Source: Octopus vulgaris (Eukaryota). From it: 64,000 bases of DNA. Below the pieces are notes generated by a model that worked only from the letters and a program-made list of their open reading frames with translations, did not search any database and was not told the origin of the DNA. The DNA is taken from contig OX597819.1 in NCBI GenBank assembly GCA_951406725.2, positions 89,590,001-89,654,000 on the forward strand, read 5' to 3'. Each line of letters opens with the position of its first letter. The stretch's first letter is position 1. Positions 1-12,150 of the stretch are shown piece by piece. The translations under genes and the position numbers were made by a program.

Positions 1-1140
1 TTCCTAGCAACTAGTAAGCTGAAAATCCTTGAGTGCTTATTTCTGATTCGATTTATACAAGAACTAGCCATCACGTTTTGCCACGACAAACGTAAAACGT
101 GGACTATGCAACACAAGGTGCCATCGATTTGCTCTCATTTTCGAATATATTCTTTTTCTAAATAATGTAATATGCGCACACTTGCCTCTTGATAGTGTGT
201 CTTGATATTGTAGCCAAAGGAATAAAAAATCACAGAAAACTACGTCACAGAAATAAGTCACTAGAATCCCTCAATCTGGTGTGTCATTGAATTGTTCCAG
301 CTTGAAGAAGCGACAGGGAGCATAATTATCCAGCAGGGCGCAGTAGGAAACTCCCCTCAAAGAAAAATTGGTCGACGCTTCGTGTAGTTAGAAGAACGCC
401 TTCATGTCTTGTGTATTGCTCGACGGGAAAACCACAAGTCTACGGCAGAATTTCTTCGTGGCGTCAACAGGAATATTCATCTTAGTCAGCATTTAAAATT
501 ACATTAGCAATACTGAATATACATATAATGCCACGATACTATGCGTGGTGGTATCAGTCTGTACACGTCATTTATTGTCAACAAAATCACTGAATTAAAT
601 ATTTTGTTTCAATGTCTATTTGTATTAACTTTGCTTAAGAAATGAAATAAAAGATTTTCATTTATTTTTTCGCACGTGTAATGCTATCATATATGAATTG
701 TTTACAAGGCGTGGACTATCGGTTAATAATTGATTTAATATACCTTTTGTTTCATTACTTTGTTTATAGTGTTTAAGTAAAATGTGACTTTTTCTCTCGA
801 GTAACTGTTTTTCCTGACATCCTTTTAACATAAGTCACACGGCCTATCTAACTAACAAAAATTCTCTTGATCAACAAAGGAAGCAAACTTGGAAGCTCTG
901 TATTAATGATCCTAGATAAAAGAGATACTTGTCCTTCGATGTTTGTTTACCTAAGTATTCTCGTGAAGGTGAAACGTGAAATAACTTTCATATGAACTAT
1001 GAAAAATCCAATATCGCGTTATTTATGTTGTTTAGCCAAAGGTCACCACTAATATTTTCTATTTAATCAAGAATGTTTTTTTTAACGCAAGTACTGTATT
1101 CACCTACACACTCACACACACACACATACACACACACATA

Positions 1141-1191
<51 letters not shown>

Positions 1192-1194
<3 letters not shown>

Positions 1195-1433
1195 TAGTGA
1201 TCGTAAGTTCAATTCCTAGACCGAGTGGTGCGTTGTGTTCTTGAGCAAAACAATTCATCTCACCTCGCTCTGCAACCACTTCGACACCGCACGTCTGTTC
1301 AAACAACATCGAGTTGATGGAGCGAGTGAGCTTATGTACGACACACACATTTGGTCACTATAAACAATTCATTTGTGCAAGTTGTTCCGAAAAAACCTGA
1401 ACGCTCATACATCGTCTTCGACGGGCGAGTACA

Positions 1434-1437
<4 letters not shown>
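1192..1437 (+). mobile_element. 5'-truncated tRNA-derived SINE with CORE-like domain
   Basis: B-box-like GTTCAATTCC followed by CORE-like TTGTGTTCTTGAGCAAAACAATTCATCTCACC; its head resembles the SINE at 24243-24526; flanked by (CA)n and (TA)n. Confidence 0.6.
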
Positions 1438-1499
<62 letters not shown>

Positions 1500-1508
1500 A
1501 TAATAATA

Positions 1509-1540
<32 letters not shown>

Positions 1541-1544
1541 TATA

Positions 1545-2040
1545 AAGTAATACTAAGCAATTAAGGGTTTAGCAACGAATTGCCTCACCACACACCGAAT
1601 TTAGAAATAGCAGTCAAAGAGTTATAGCTATTCTTTCTACTAAAAGGGAGATCTCAGTAAAAAACACAGCACTTGAAAGGCAAACACAGACAGGTAAGAA
1701 AGAATGAAATGACGGCAATCCATCATACAATTTTAAGTTACCTACGGACGTACGTTTCGAAATCAAGTTTTAGGAAAGCATAAGAATTAGATAATTCTAC
1801 CTTACCCAAACTTCTTTTCTCATCAGCGTAGGATACTACAATTATGAATAATTGTATATTAAATTTTGAGATACTAGAAAGCATTATCTCAACTCAGTGT
1901 CAGAGCGAGCCAAAGCATTACCAGTACCACGAAATTCAAAGTGTGAATGAAAGTTTGTGTCACCAGCCCCTTTCCACCCGCGTGCAGCCAAGACAAGATG
2001 CTGTGGTCATTTACTGGGATAAAATATGGTTATCAGTAAC
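1545..2040 (-). mobile_element. Non-coding hammerhead-bearing element (putative non-autonomous PLE derivative) in (TA)n
   Basis: Unique sequence between TA tracts containing an intact hammerhead core; no PLE ORF; boundaries approximate. Confidence 0.6.
1741..1832 (-). ncRNA. Type I hammerhead ribozyme, intact core
   Basis: Minus strand: CCTACG-CTGATGA-[GAAA..AAGTTT..AGAATTA tc TAATTCT..AAACTT..TTTC long stem II]-GAAA-CGTACG-TC-CGTAGG; 6-bp stem I, palindromic stem III, GUC cleavage triplet. Confidence 0.85.
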
Positions 2041-2121
2041 AATAAAGGGTGAAATTAATTAATTTGGAATAATTATTAATTACACCAAGTAGATTTCGGC
2101 ATAAATCTAGATTTATTGTTA

Positions 2122-2196
<75 letters not shown>

Positions 2197-2198
<2 letters not shown>

Positions 2199-2343
2199 AC
2201 GACGGGTTTCTTTTAGTTTCCGCCGACGAAATCCATTCACAAGGATCTGGTTGGATTGGAGCTGCAGTGGAAGACATTTGCCTAAGGTTCCACACGGTGA
2301 GACTGAACCCCAAGCCAAATGTTTGAGAAGTCCACTTTTCAAC

Positions 2344-2347
<4 letters not shown>
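2197..2347 (-). mobile_element. CORE-type SINE 5' half
   Basis: Reverse complement matches the SINE copies at 2917-3298 and 4884-5020 (GGTTCAGTCTCACCGTGTGGAACCTTAGGCAAATGTCTTC...GGAAACTAAAAGAAACCCGTCG); a partial duplicate lies at ~2745-2815. Confidence 0.75.
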
Positions 2348-2375
<28 letters not shown>

Positions 2376-2916
2376 ACTTTACATATCACCTATATATTTG
2401 GTTTAAGACAATAATGCAAATATGCAGCCGATAGCGAGTAAGTTGCATTAAACAAGATTTAAACATTGACTTTTACGATTCTAAGATGTAGTTTATTATT
2501 TCTTGCATGCTATTCACCATATCAGATAACTCCTTACTTTGCCGTTGACACCAACGTATCGTCACAAGAATATAGTTTTGAATCTAGTCATCTCTAAAAT
2601 GTTGCAGAATAAGATAACAGATGGTGATACCAACGGGTTCTTCAATGCTAATAGAGAAATAATAATCTTAAAATAGTTGAAATATAGTATGGAGGAAAAT
2701 CTAATCGATTAATGCCAACTTGTAAATTAGAAAAAATGCCAACTTTGCCTAAGGTACCACATAGTGAGACTGAACCCCAAGCCAAATGTTTGAGAAGTAC
2801 GCTTTTCAACCACACACACACACAACTAATGCCAACTTGTAAATTAGAGAAAAATGTAGTTCATGGACCTGTCAAAAGAAATTATTGACAAATAATGCCG
2901 GCAACTATTTATCTTA

Positions 2917-3077
2917 GGCATGGCTGTGTGCTTAGTAAGCCCGCTTTGCAACCACTTTGCTTCGGTTTCAGTCTCACTACGTGACACCTTGAGCAATTGT
3001 AGTCGTGTCAGTGAATCTGTTAGACAGAAACTGTGCGGAAGCTCGTCGTATAATATAGAGTGTGTGTGTGTGTGCGC

Positions 3078-3108
<31 letters not shown>

Positions 3109-3298
3109 TGTGTGAGTGCGTGCGTGCGTGTATGTGTGTTTGTGTTTGTTCCCAATCATCTTGACAACCGGTGCTGGTTTGTTTTCGTCCGCGTAATCTA
3201 GCGGTTCGGCAAAAGAGACTGGCAGAATAAGCATCAAACTTAAACAATCTTTGGCAGTATCTAGCATGGTCGCAGTCCAATGACTGAAACAAGTAAAA
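2917..3298 (+). mobile_element. tRNA-derived CORE-type SINE with internal (GT)n and LINE-like 3' tail
   Basis: A-box-like GGCATGGCTGTGTG head, CORE-like CACCTTGAGCAA, internal microsatellite, tail AGCATGGTCGCAGTCCAATGACTGAAACAAGTAAAA. Confidence 0.8.
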
Positions 3299-4348
3299 TG
3301 TAAAAGCTAATAAAAATAATTGAAGATTAAGTTGTTTTACGTCACAATGATGTCAATGGAAGATATACTGTGTTTTGTATTGTTCATATTTAGTTGAAAA
3401 ACAATAGTGAAAAAAAATATCAAAAAATAACTGTAACAAAATCTTAATACCTTCAGAAATAATTCCTAAGTCATTAACATACCAAGATATACACGTTATT
3501 AGTGTTATTATTTCCGATATTTATGGTATGAAGGGAAATGTTGCTCACGGTGGTTCAGAGGCGTAAAGATCCCTTCTTTTCATAAATTACAAGATGTAGA
3601 GGGTATATAAAATACAACACAAGCCTAAAATAAAATAAAATAAAATTAGATTAAAAAGGTAACGGTGCTGAAATTCAAAAGGTGAAGAAGTGTAGCTATT
3701 GTTGTTATTTGTGCTCTTATCCATTTCGCGTTAAGGTTGTTGCTTTCCGGTAAAAGGGAGAATATATGTGTTACTGTATCAAATATCTTCGCTTCAACAA
3801 AGGAAGTATAGCATGTAAAATGATACAGAATAGAAAGTTAAGGGCGGTTTTATCTGTTTGTTCTTTAGAGGTGTTGCAATGATTCTATCGCTTCAACAAA
3901 CATTGTTTCTTCCGGCAGGAGGAGAGAAGTTACTTGAATGGAACATTCACGTCCAATGGAGTGGTAGGTAATTCAGGAAGTTAAGCTCGGATTTAAGATT
4001 CAAGACTCTGGGAAATAATTTTAGTTGTGTTATGTACGGCAAATTTATTCTTCGTAGCCTAACCGACATACGAAGCGCTCTAATTACATTGGTTAATTTT
4101 GGTTTGCTTGTTTTATTTTATCTTATTTATTTATTTATTTTGTTATCTAAATCCCTACAACTTATTTTTGCTCTTCCAGATACTTTTTACTGTCTTACCG
4201 TTATAATTCTTTAGGATCCTAATTTAATTGTATGTAGCAGTCACTAAAGGTTACAGTTCAATACCCATTTCTAGGACTTTCAGTTTCGTACACGCGTGCG
4301 CACTCACACACACATGGATATACATACGTATATGTATATGTATTTATA

Positions 4349-4620
4349 TACTTTATTTAAAAGCAGCAGAAATATAACAAAAGCTGTTACTCGGAGTTTC
4401 ACATTCCCGTTAGTCGGACAGTTTTGTTAAAATAGATCAAAACTAGCTAAATATTTCGGCTCTATTTTAACAAAACCATCTGACGAACGGGAACGGGAAA
4501 CTCCGAGTAACAGCTTTTGTTATATTTCTGCTGTTTTTAAATAAAGCATATTACTCTACCTTTAGTATTTGAGTACTCTTTTTTCCACCTTGTTTCACAT
4601 TTATGTCCTTACTCCGGTAT
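4349..4620. mobile_element. Palindromic non-autonomous element related to the 3' end of the PLE at 33970-36470
   Basis: Inverted arms 4351-4436 and 4461-4546; each arm carries a degraded hammerhead (CTGACGA-ACGGGAACGG-GAAA-CTCCGAG-TA-ACAG); arm sequence CTTTATTTAAAAGCAGCAGAAA..CTGTTACTC matches 33974-34044. Confidence 0.8.
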
Positions 4621-4732
4621 GTATATATATATATATATAATATTAATTCGAGACAAAACCACTATTTTGCAAAACAAACAAGGAAAGACTTAATCAATAC
4701 ATAAAAAATTTTTAATATAAAGAAATAAACCG

Positions 4733-4775
4733 CCACTACAATCGTTTCATGTCTTCAATGACATTTGTCAGGTGG
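4733..4775 (-). ncRNA. Type I hammerhead ribozyme, degenerate (G8>A)
   Basis: CCAC-CTGACAA-ATGTC-ATTGAA-GACAT-GAAA-CGATTG-TA-GTGG inside a ~170-bp segment between TA tracts. Confidence 0.7.
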
Positions 4776-4810
4776 ATTTTCGATCTGATTTTTCCTGTAA
4801 ATTTGGATTA

Positions 4811-4883
<73 letters not shown>

Positions 4884-4884
<1 letters not shown>

Positions 4885-5020
4885 GGTAAGAAGGCTGTAA
4901 CCACATGGTTCAGTTCCACTGCGTGTAGCCTTGGGCAACTGTCTTCTACTATATAGCCTCGGGCCGACCAAAGCCTTGTGAGTGGATTTGGTAGACGGAA
5001 ACTGAAAGAATCCCGTTGTA
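4884..5020 (+). mobile_element. CORE-type SINE 5' half
   Basis: GGTTCAGTTCCACTGCGTGTAGCCTTGGGCAACTGTCTTCTAC...GGAAACTGAAAGAATCCCG, same family as 2197-2347. Confidence 0.75.
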
Positions 5021-5171
5021 TATATATGTATATATATATATATATAAGCAATAACAACAAGTAACAAAAACATCATTAAATGATTATTCCGGAGCATATT
5101 CACCATCTACTTCAATTACTGCTTCCCATTTGGTTGGCAGACGGGTAGACCGTCATTAAAAGATGTTTTTC

Positions 5172-5231
<60 letters not shown>

Positions 5232-5683
5232 AGAAAAAGAAAGAGGAGAGAGAGTTGGAGACAGAGTGAGAGGTGGAATGCTCACAGAAATCATTTTTTC
5301 TTTTTGTTCTTACCACATTTTTTTTTAAAAAGGACCATTGAAAGTGATGTCAGTTGATGCAACTTCAGGTGCACCTCTTGACCTAAGGATCAATTTGATG
5401 AAATTTCACTGGTTTTCGTTGCCCATGATTATTGTAAAGTTTTGAGTCCCCTACAGATCATTTCGAATGTCTAACTTGCATAGCAAAGAAAGCCTATGTC
5501 TCTATTTTCTTCCGTTTTCCTTTGAATTCCCCATCATCTTCAACACTGAAAGGTGATACAGTTTACTGGATTTAGCCATATAATTGTGTTTAAAAGTATA
5601 GGAGGATTTGATGATCAGAACTAATGAAAATAACATTAAATAAAGATAACCATAATTATGCCATAATGAAAAAAATTAATCAA

Positions 5684-5745
5684 GGCGGTCCCTAGCATGG
5701 CCGCAGTCAAATGACTGAAACAGGTAAAAGAAAAGAATAAAAGAA
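5684..5745 (+). mobile_element. Isolated SINE/LINE 3' tail
   Basis: GGCGGTCCCTAGCATGGCCGCAGTCAAATGACTGAAACAGGTAAAAG, matching tails at ~3262-3298 and ~8195-8255. Confidence 0.7.
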
Positions 5746-6229
5746 CGATTAATATTGTCTTAATTATTTCGTGGGGTACGAGAGAAAATTCCAGGCATGT
5801 TCTAGTCTTACTATGATTTCATCAGGGAAGGATATACTTTGCCGTTGTTGTCGAATTTGTGGTGAAAGAAACCGACCCAAAATCGCAAAGCAATAATACA
5901 TATTTACAGTCCTTTATTTCCACTTTGGAAATGCCTTTAACGTTTAGCAAGAGTTTCACTTCATCTTTTATTTCTTAGAAATGGTTGAGTTCGTGCCCTT
6001 TGTTTAACCACCAAATCTTATAAAAGTATTTTCCCATCACCATATTCCTTTGCGAAGTCCTTCAAATTTAATTAAAAATCTCTGTGTTCAGTCTCTTATT
6101 TTTTAATGAAATCAATTGACTTTCTTACTGTTTTCATCATATTCATTTTTAGAGGATGTTGGTGGTGTATAGACATTGGAATACTATGAAGCTATTATGG
6201 TCCATTTAACGGCCCTCTAATTGTTTCTT

Positions 6230-6720
6230 AATAAAAAAAAATCCCTTTGAAAACCTGTTGTAGAGGATTTACCGTTCATAACTAAGTCACTAAGTTTTCG
6301 TAGGGTAAATCGAAAACTTTTGCTAAAACTTTTCCGCCCGTAGTAATCCCATATATTGAGTTTAAATTAAGTAGATTTTCGTGCATCGGCAATGTACCCT
6401 TATTCCACATATAAACACAACCAACTGCACGGCATTTACCATAATTGTTGTCTCATCGTCAGCTATCGACTTATGTATAAACTCTGATGTTAGTTTCACA
6501 GACATTTGAATACAATTAACTATGTCTGTTATATAGTCATAAATTACCCACCTTAATAAACAAATATTCTCAAACAATCTGACGTTTTCTGACAATTAAA
6601 TTCGCGCAGCAGCAACTATACACAATACGCTATTCACTATTACAAAAAGTTTTCAATATTTGGTTTCACTTTCTATACAATTAACTTACAGACTTCATAA
6701 CTTGTTTGCGTTACGGAAGT
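6230..6720 (-). pseudogene. Decayed hAT (Charlie/Buster/GTF2IRD2-like) transposase fragment
   Basis: Translation FENICL...ITDIVNCIQ...SIADDETT...VQLVVFICGI, then GITTGGKVL in another frame; resembles the hAT SLALDEST..AQL.VFIRG..G.TTG motif series. Confidence 0.6.
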
Positions 6721-7289
6721 AATTTCATTGATATCTCTCTTGAGAGTGGATGGTTGTTTGCTTAAAGATTCTTTTAAAAATATTAGCTTCTTAAAACAGA
6801 CTTTCCTTGCTTAATCAAATACTACGTGTTTAAAATTGTACTTTGTATAAACTGCAATTGAATCATTACAACTAAGAATCATTCACTTTTTATTTACATT
6901 CATGAAAAAAATTTTATTTGTCCATTTTTATTCCAACAAAGGAAGAAATTTTGACAAGTCTTTTTCTTCTATAAATAAAAGCCATTGTAGAAAGGGTTAA
7001 CGCTATACTCTTTTCAATATTTATTTAAAATCTTTAATAAAAATAGGGAAATGATTCGCTAAATTTTAATTAGCTGTAATAAATGCGTGGCTTTTATGCC
7101 TTTCCTCTGGGTAATAGTAATTACTCTAGATGTCTCAGCAGAACATGAGCCATGATCTTGTCGGTGACAAACCAGGGATATTTAACTATCGTTGTTATGT
7201 GACCGGCAGTTCTTTTCCCTTTAATAGAAGTGTACAGTATTGGAATTTTTGAAGTCCTCGATGAATACCCTTCCTTTCACGTGGACTAG

Positions 7290-7450
7290 TTGAGGCTGTC
7301 GCGGAGATTTACTCTTCGCCGATGACTGCTCTCTCAAACCAGATAACGAGAAGAATATACTGGGATCAGTTTTCAACAGCCTTAGGATAATTTGACCTTA
7401 CAGTAAGCATAAAGAAGAATGAGGTCGTGCAGCTCATGCTTCAAGAAACC
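7290..7450 (+). pseudogene. RTE/Bov-B-like LINE reverse transcriptase relic
   Basis: Encodes DLLFADDCSL, followed with frameshifts by DQFSTA and DLTVSIKKNEVVQ, typical of RTE RT motif C and downstream. Confidence 0.65.
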
Positions 7451-8156
7451 AGAATCACAAAAACCGCTTATAAGAAAAATAACTGCTACTAAGACGATAC
7501 ACTCACTCCGCTAGATATACTATAACCTGAATGCTGCATATTTTCCAATGTGGTTTATATGTGAGAGAGGATTCCTGACCTAGATTGGCTCATGAGTTCG
7601 CTTCGAAATTACCAGAGTAGACATACACAAACAAGTCATTTCTGAACCTTAGTCATTTTCAAAAACCGGAAGATGAACAAGAAAGATTACCTCTTCAGTT
7701 TGCACACATCCTTGATTAAATTCAATGTCATAAGATAACCATTATTGTTAACACAAAATCATTTATGCCTTAAGATTCTTGAAAGTAACTTAAATAACTT
7801 ATATTAAATTACTGTTTGGGCCTTAAAGCTTTGCCTTTTTGTTTTGTCATGTATTTACAGAGAAATTTAGCTGCGAACGGTTTGAAATTAGAATTTGAGT
7901 AAAATTTTGCGTTAGCTCGAAAACCTCATTGGCTGACTCGAAAAATAAGCTATTCTTTCCTATGAGGTTTGTTCGTAGTCTAGATAACTGTTCCCGGTCA
8001 GTCACTTCTTGTCTGTCTCGATCTTTTGTGAGTCCCTTACTGTGAAAGGGATTACAAAAACGACTTCCACTGCTAAAGAAGCGGAAGTTGTTTATTATGA
8101 TCACAGATAGTATTATCAAATTCTTATTGCGGTCAAAATTAAAGGGTCTCAAGTCG

Positions 8157-8575
8157 ACGAGCTGGTTGAATCGTTAACACACTAAACAAAATTTTACTCT
8201 TTACTCTTTTTCTTCTTTCAGTCATTTGACTGTGGCCATACTGGAGCACCGCCTTTAGTCCAGCAAATCGAACCCAAGAGTTATTCTTTGTAAGCCTAGT
8301 ATTTATTCTATGGGTCTCCTTTGCCGAACCGCTAAGTTACGGGGACGTAAACACACCAGCATCGGTTGTTAAGCGATGTTGGGGGAACAAACACCGACAC
8401 ACAAACGTATACATACAGTTAAGCGGCATTTTTTCCGGCTTTATGTTCCGAGTTCAAATTCTGGCGAGATCGACTTTGCTTTTCATCCTCTCTGAGTCGA
8501 TAAAATAAGTGCAAGTTGAGCACTTTGGTTCATGTAATCGACTTAGCCTTGTGCCAATATTTGAAACCATAATTA
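8157..8575 (+). mobile_element. Meta-domain-type SINE interrupted by a nested SINE
   Basis: Head ACGAGCTGGTTGAATCGTTAAC...CAAAAT resumes as GTTAAGCGGCATT...GAGTTCAAATTC..GATCGACTTTGCTTTTCATCCT after a ~225-bp insertion. Confidence 0.75.
8192..8417 (-). mobile_element. 3' half of CORE-type SINE nested in a Meta-type SINE
   Basis: Reverse complement matches 3140-3298 and ends GGCGGTGCTCCAGTATGGCCACAGTCAAATGACTGAAAG...GAGTAAAAGAGTAAAA. Confidence 0.8.
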
Positions 8576-8590
8576 GAGGGTTGTTAGGTT

Positions 8591-8820
8591 ACGAGCTGGT
8601 AGAATCGTAAGCACGCCGGGCGAAATGCTTAGCGATATTTCGTCTGCTGTTACGTACTGAGTTCAAATTCCGCCGAGGTCGACTTTGCCTTTCATCCTTT
8701 CGGGGGTCGATAGATTAAGTACCAGTTATGCACTGGGGTCGATGTAATCGACTTAATCCCTTTGCTTGTCCTTGTTTGTTCCCTCTATGTTTAGCCCCTT
8801 GTGGGCAAGAAAGAAATAAG
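8591..8820 (+). mobile_element. Full-length Meta-domain-type tRNA SINE
   Basis: A-box-like GAGCTGGTAGAATCG, B-box GAGTTCAAATTCC, central GGTCGACTTTGCCTTTCATCCTTTCGGGGGTCGATAGATTAAGTACCAG resembling the Meta domain. Confidence 0.8.
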
Positions 8821-9012
8821 AATCGTAAGTACGCTGGGCAGAAAGTTAAGCAGTATTTCTTCCGGTTTTACACACTGAGTTCAAATGCTGTGGAGGTCGG
8901 CATTGCTTTTAATCCTTTTGGGGGTCGATAAAGTAAGTACTAGCTGAGCACGGAGGTCGTGTAATTGACTAGCTCCCTTCTTCAAAATTTCAGACCATGT
9001 ACCTATAGTAAA
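8821..9012 (+). mobile_element. Meta-type SINE copy in tandem
   Basis: Diverged copy directly following 8591-8820. Confidence 0.7.
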
Positions 9013-9479
9013 AAGAAAAAAAAAACTAGTAGATCACAAAAACGTTATTGTTACATCCTCTGCTTATTGCCCGGTTATTGTTATTGAAATACTTCATCCC
9101 AATGTTATCACAATAAGAAGCTTCTAATTTGTATTAAACCTTTGTAATTAGAAACGTATTTATCAAAATCTGGCAACATTTCAAATTCTTCCATCTGAAT
9201 GTCAGCGGTTGCCACCGTGAAAAAGACAGTGTGTGACTGAAATAGTAGAGCGTCGAAAAAGATGCCTTAAGAGCTAAATAAGTACTGGTACATATTTTTT
9301 ACTCACGATCAGGTCGTAGGTTCAATTCTTGGAAGTACTGCGCATCGTGTCCTTCAGCAAGGTACTTCATTTCAAGTTGCTTCAAGATACTCAGCCGAAA
9401 ATGCGTACAAATGTGGCATTGATGCATCTATTGCTCTATCTCTCTCTTTCTTACTCTATCTTTCTCTCTCTTCTCCTAC

Positions 9480-9688
9480 TCTCTTCTTCTTCTTCTTCTT
9501 CTTCTTCTTCTTCTTCTTCTTCTTCTTCTTCTTCTTCTTCTCCTCCTCCTCCTCCTCCTCCTCCTCCTCCTCCTCCTCCTCCTCCTCCTCCTCCTCCTCC
9601 TCCTCCTCCTTCTCCTCCTTCTCCTTCTCCGTCTCTTCCTCCTCCTCCTCTTTCTTCTTCTTCTTCTTCTTCTTCTTCTTCTTCTTCT

Positions 9689-9735
<47 letters not shown>

Positions 9736-9788
9736 TTCTTCTTCTTCTTCTTCTTCTTCTTCTTCCTCTCCTTCTTCTTCTTCTTCTT
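9480..9788. repeat. (TCT)n-(CCT)n-(TCT)n polypyrimidine microsatellite
   Basis: Direct reading; explains the poly-S/P and poly-E/G ORFs. Confidence 0.95.
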
Positions 9789-10116
9789 TGGCTATCACAT
9801 CCTGAATTTACTTCAGAGTCAAGGGCGAGGTGGCCGAGAAAGTGTCTATGTCTGCAACGATTACATAGGCTGACAGCATTTTTTGTACACTACTTAATAA
9901 ACAACTGCACACCTATAAATAAGAATAGATTTTGTTTTTAAGATAGCAGGGTGTGATTAAAAAACATTTGCATGCTATTTCTTGCAGTTTCAAGCAGAGT
10001 CCCTCGAAATAAAAGCTAGTCATGTACTGAACTCAGTAAAATTTACTCTCTCTCCTCCTCTCCGTAAACTTATTTCAATAATAGAAAGCATTATTATGAA
10101 CTGTTAAGTGTTAAGT

Positions 10117-10324
10117 GGCGTGCTGGCAGAATTGTTAGTACTCCGGGCAAAATGCTTAGCGACATTTCTTCCGGCTTTACGTTCTGATTTGAAATTATGC
10201 CCAGGTCGAATTTGCCTTTCGTCTTTTCAGGGTTGATAAAATATGTACCAGTTGAAAACTGGGGTCGATGTAATCGACTTATCCTCTCCCCTAAGATTTC
10301 AAGCCTTTGTACCTATGGTAGAAA
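10117..10324 (+). mobile_element. Meta-type SINE copy
   Basis: GGCGTGCTGGCAGAATTGTTAG...GGTCGAATTTGCCTTTCG...GGGGTCGATGTAATCGACTTA. Confidence 0.75.
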
Positions 10325-10429
10325 TCTTTGTTATGGACTGTAATGTATTTTTATTGTCGCTGTTGTTATTGATGACTAACGCCTCGCCAAAAATTATCAT
10401 TCCAGCTAGCATTGTAATCATCAGTTTAT

Positions 10430-12150
10430 GAGAGGTGTCTTTATTCGGTCAATCGACCTTCCTTAAAACAGCAGCCAAATTTCCCTCAAATTGCATATTA
10501 CTTACTGTCTCATAAAAAGACACATTGGATAATGTCAAACAAGAAAAGACGGTATGGTCGTGGATTGAATGCCTTTCAAACGCACGTCTGTCTACTCTAT
10601 CAACTCTGACCCGAGGCTAGTAACAATGATAACAACAACAACATCTGGAATTCATACGAAATAGCAAGAATTCGTGTTATCTTACAGTCGTGTCTCTGAA
10701 AGCTTGGTCTACATGTATTCTTGTGTACCACATTCTAAGCAGCAACATCTGTTATTTTCTTTTAGCTCTCGATTTAATTGCAGTTAGACCTCACAGGGTA
10801 AAATAGTTTTTTTTTTCTATCTCTTGCCAGAATATGAAAGGATAAGCTAGAAATAACAATCAAATTTCTCTAAAATTCTATTATCCCGTTTTATATGAAG
10901 AAGTTGCACAATTTAGTCCTACATTAACAAAAAGACAGGCTCTTCTCTCTAGGAAATCCTTTGATGTTAGGTTTGCTCGATAAGAACTAACCCGGGGTTA
11001 AATAACACTATTTGAATAAACATACACAGATAAATATAAATAAATAAATTGCATCTTCTCTTCTCCGTTTGATAAATAATCTAGATATAATTATGGCGTA
11101 TCATTGTAAATGGAATCGGTATTAAAATATACCTATGCAACATATGAAAACAGCATGAACACACAAATATGCATGATGTTTCTGTGATGCTAGATGTTCT
11201 ACAGTATAGGGTCCAGTGGGAAATTTCTGCTATCTGTGATGTCTTCCATTTTATGACGAAACTAAATTATGTTTTACAGAATGTATTTCATGCATCAGTT
11301 TTTTTTAAACTCCACATGCAATATAACTTTCACTCCATATGCATCAATTTTACACGAAATCCTATATAGCTTTTTCTCTGAACTTTTCCCGCAAGATAAT
11401 CATAAATAAATATCTCTGTAGATTAAACACTAACTTCATACATTTATATATTATGCAATATTGCTTGTGCTTTCAATTAATGATCACTTACCGACTAAGC
11501 AGCCATGTTGCTATAGAAGTAGATTTACTTATGTTAAACTAAAAGAAAAAAAAGTTTGATAAAAGTAACCATTATTTGGTTGAATGGAAGAGTACTTGGT
11601 AACTACTGCTTGGTTTTCGATGTTGCTATTATTCTTACGGTTCAACTTTTAGCGCATAGAACCAGGGTCAGCGCTAATTTTGGTGCAATGTTTAGTTTAT
11701 ATGTATAACAATAAATATTTATTCGACACACTTTGTACGATAAACTTCACGGCCTTTCAGAATCAGAGATATTTAATAGGTGATCAGCTAGCACTATAGA
11801 CCATTTAACTAATAATATGGTACTTATTCATGGTAGCCAGGGAAATGAAACACTACGATAAAGTATTCTAGAAACACAACGAAACGCCTGCAGTCAATTT
11901 AAACAGGCAATCTACTAGTTTAATAACTTGGCTACTCAATCTTTTCGTCTTTGTGGTATAACGATGAAGTATCTACGTGGTCGTTAAAAATGCTAGAAAT
12001 AACAACCAAAAATCACTAAAATTATGCTCCACTAATAAATAACAGAACACATTGGTTAAGTTAGTTCTAGGTACACTATGTCTGAAAGTAAGACGTCTTT
12101 GCCAACTGGTCAGCTCTGCTCGAGCTGACCTGGGGTTAAACAACAAACAT
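10430..12150 (+). mobile_element. Three diverged copies (~10430-10645, ~10845-11008, ~11975-12150) of an old SINE-like repeat
   Basis: Shared core GCTAGAAATAACAGCCAAAT-like and 3' end GACCYGGGGYTAAAC(AAC)n. Confidence 0.5.

Noticed and set aside
1-500. Possible exon or transposase fragment
   Set aside because: No recognisable motif or sustained reading frame in the frames examined
5789-5828. Hammerhead relic (-): TTCC-CTGATGA-AATC..GACT-AGAA-CATG-CC-TGGAA
   Set aside because: GAAA and UH are both altered; too degenerate to call
9329-9805. Poly-Ser/Pro and poly-Glu/Gly ORFs
   Set aside because: Trinucleotide microsatellite only
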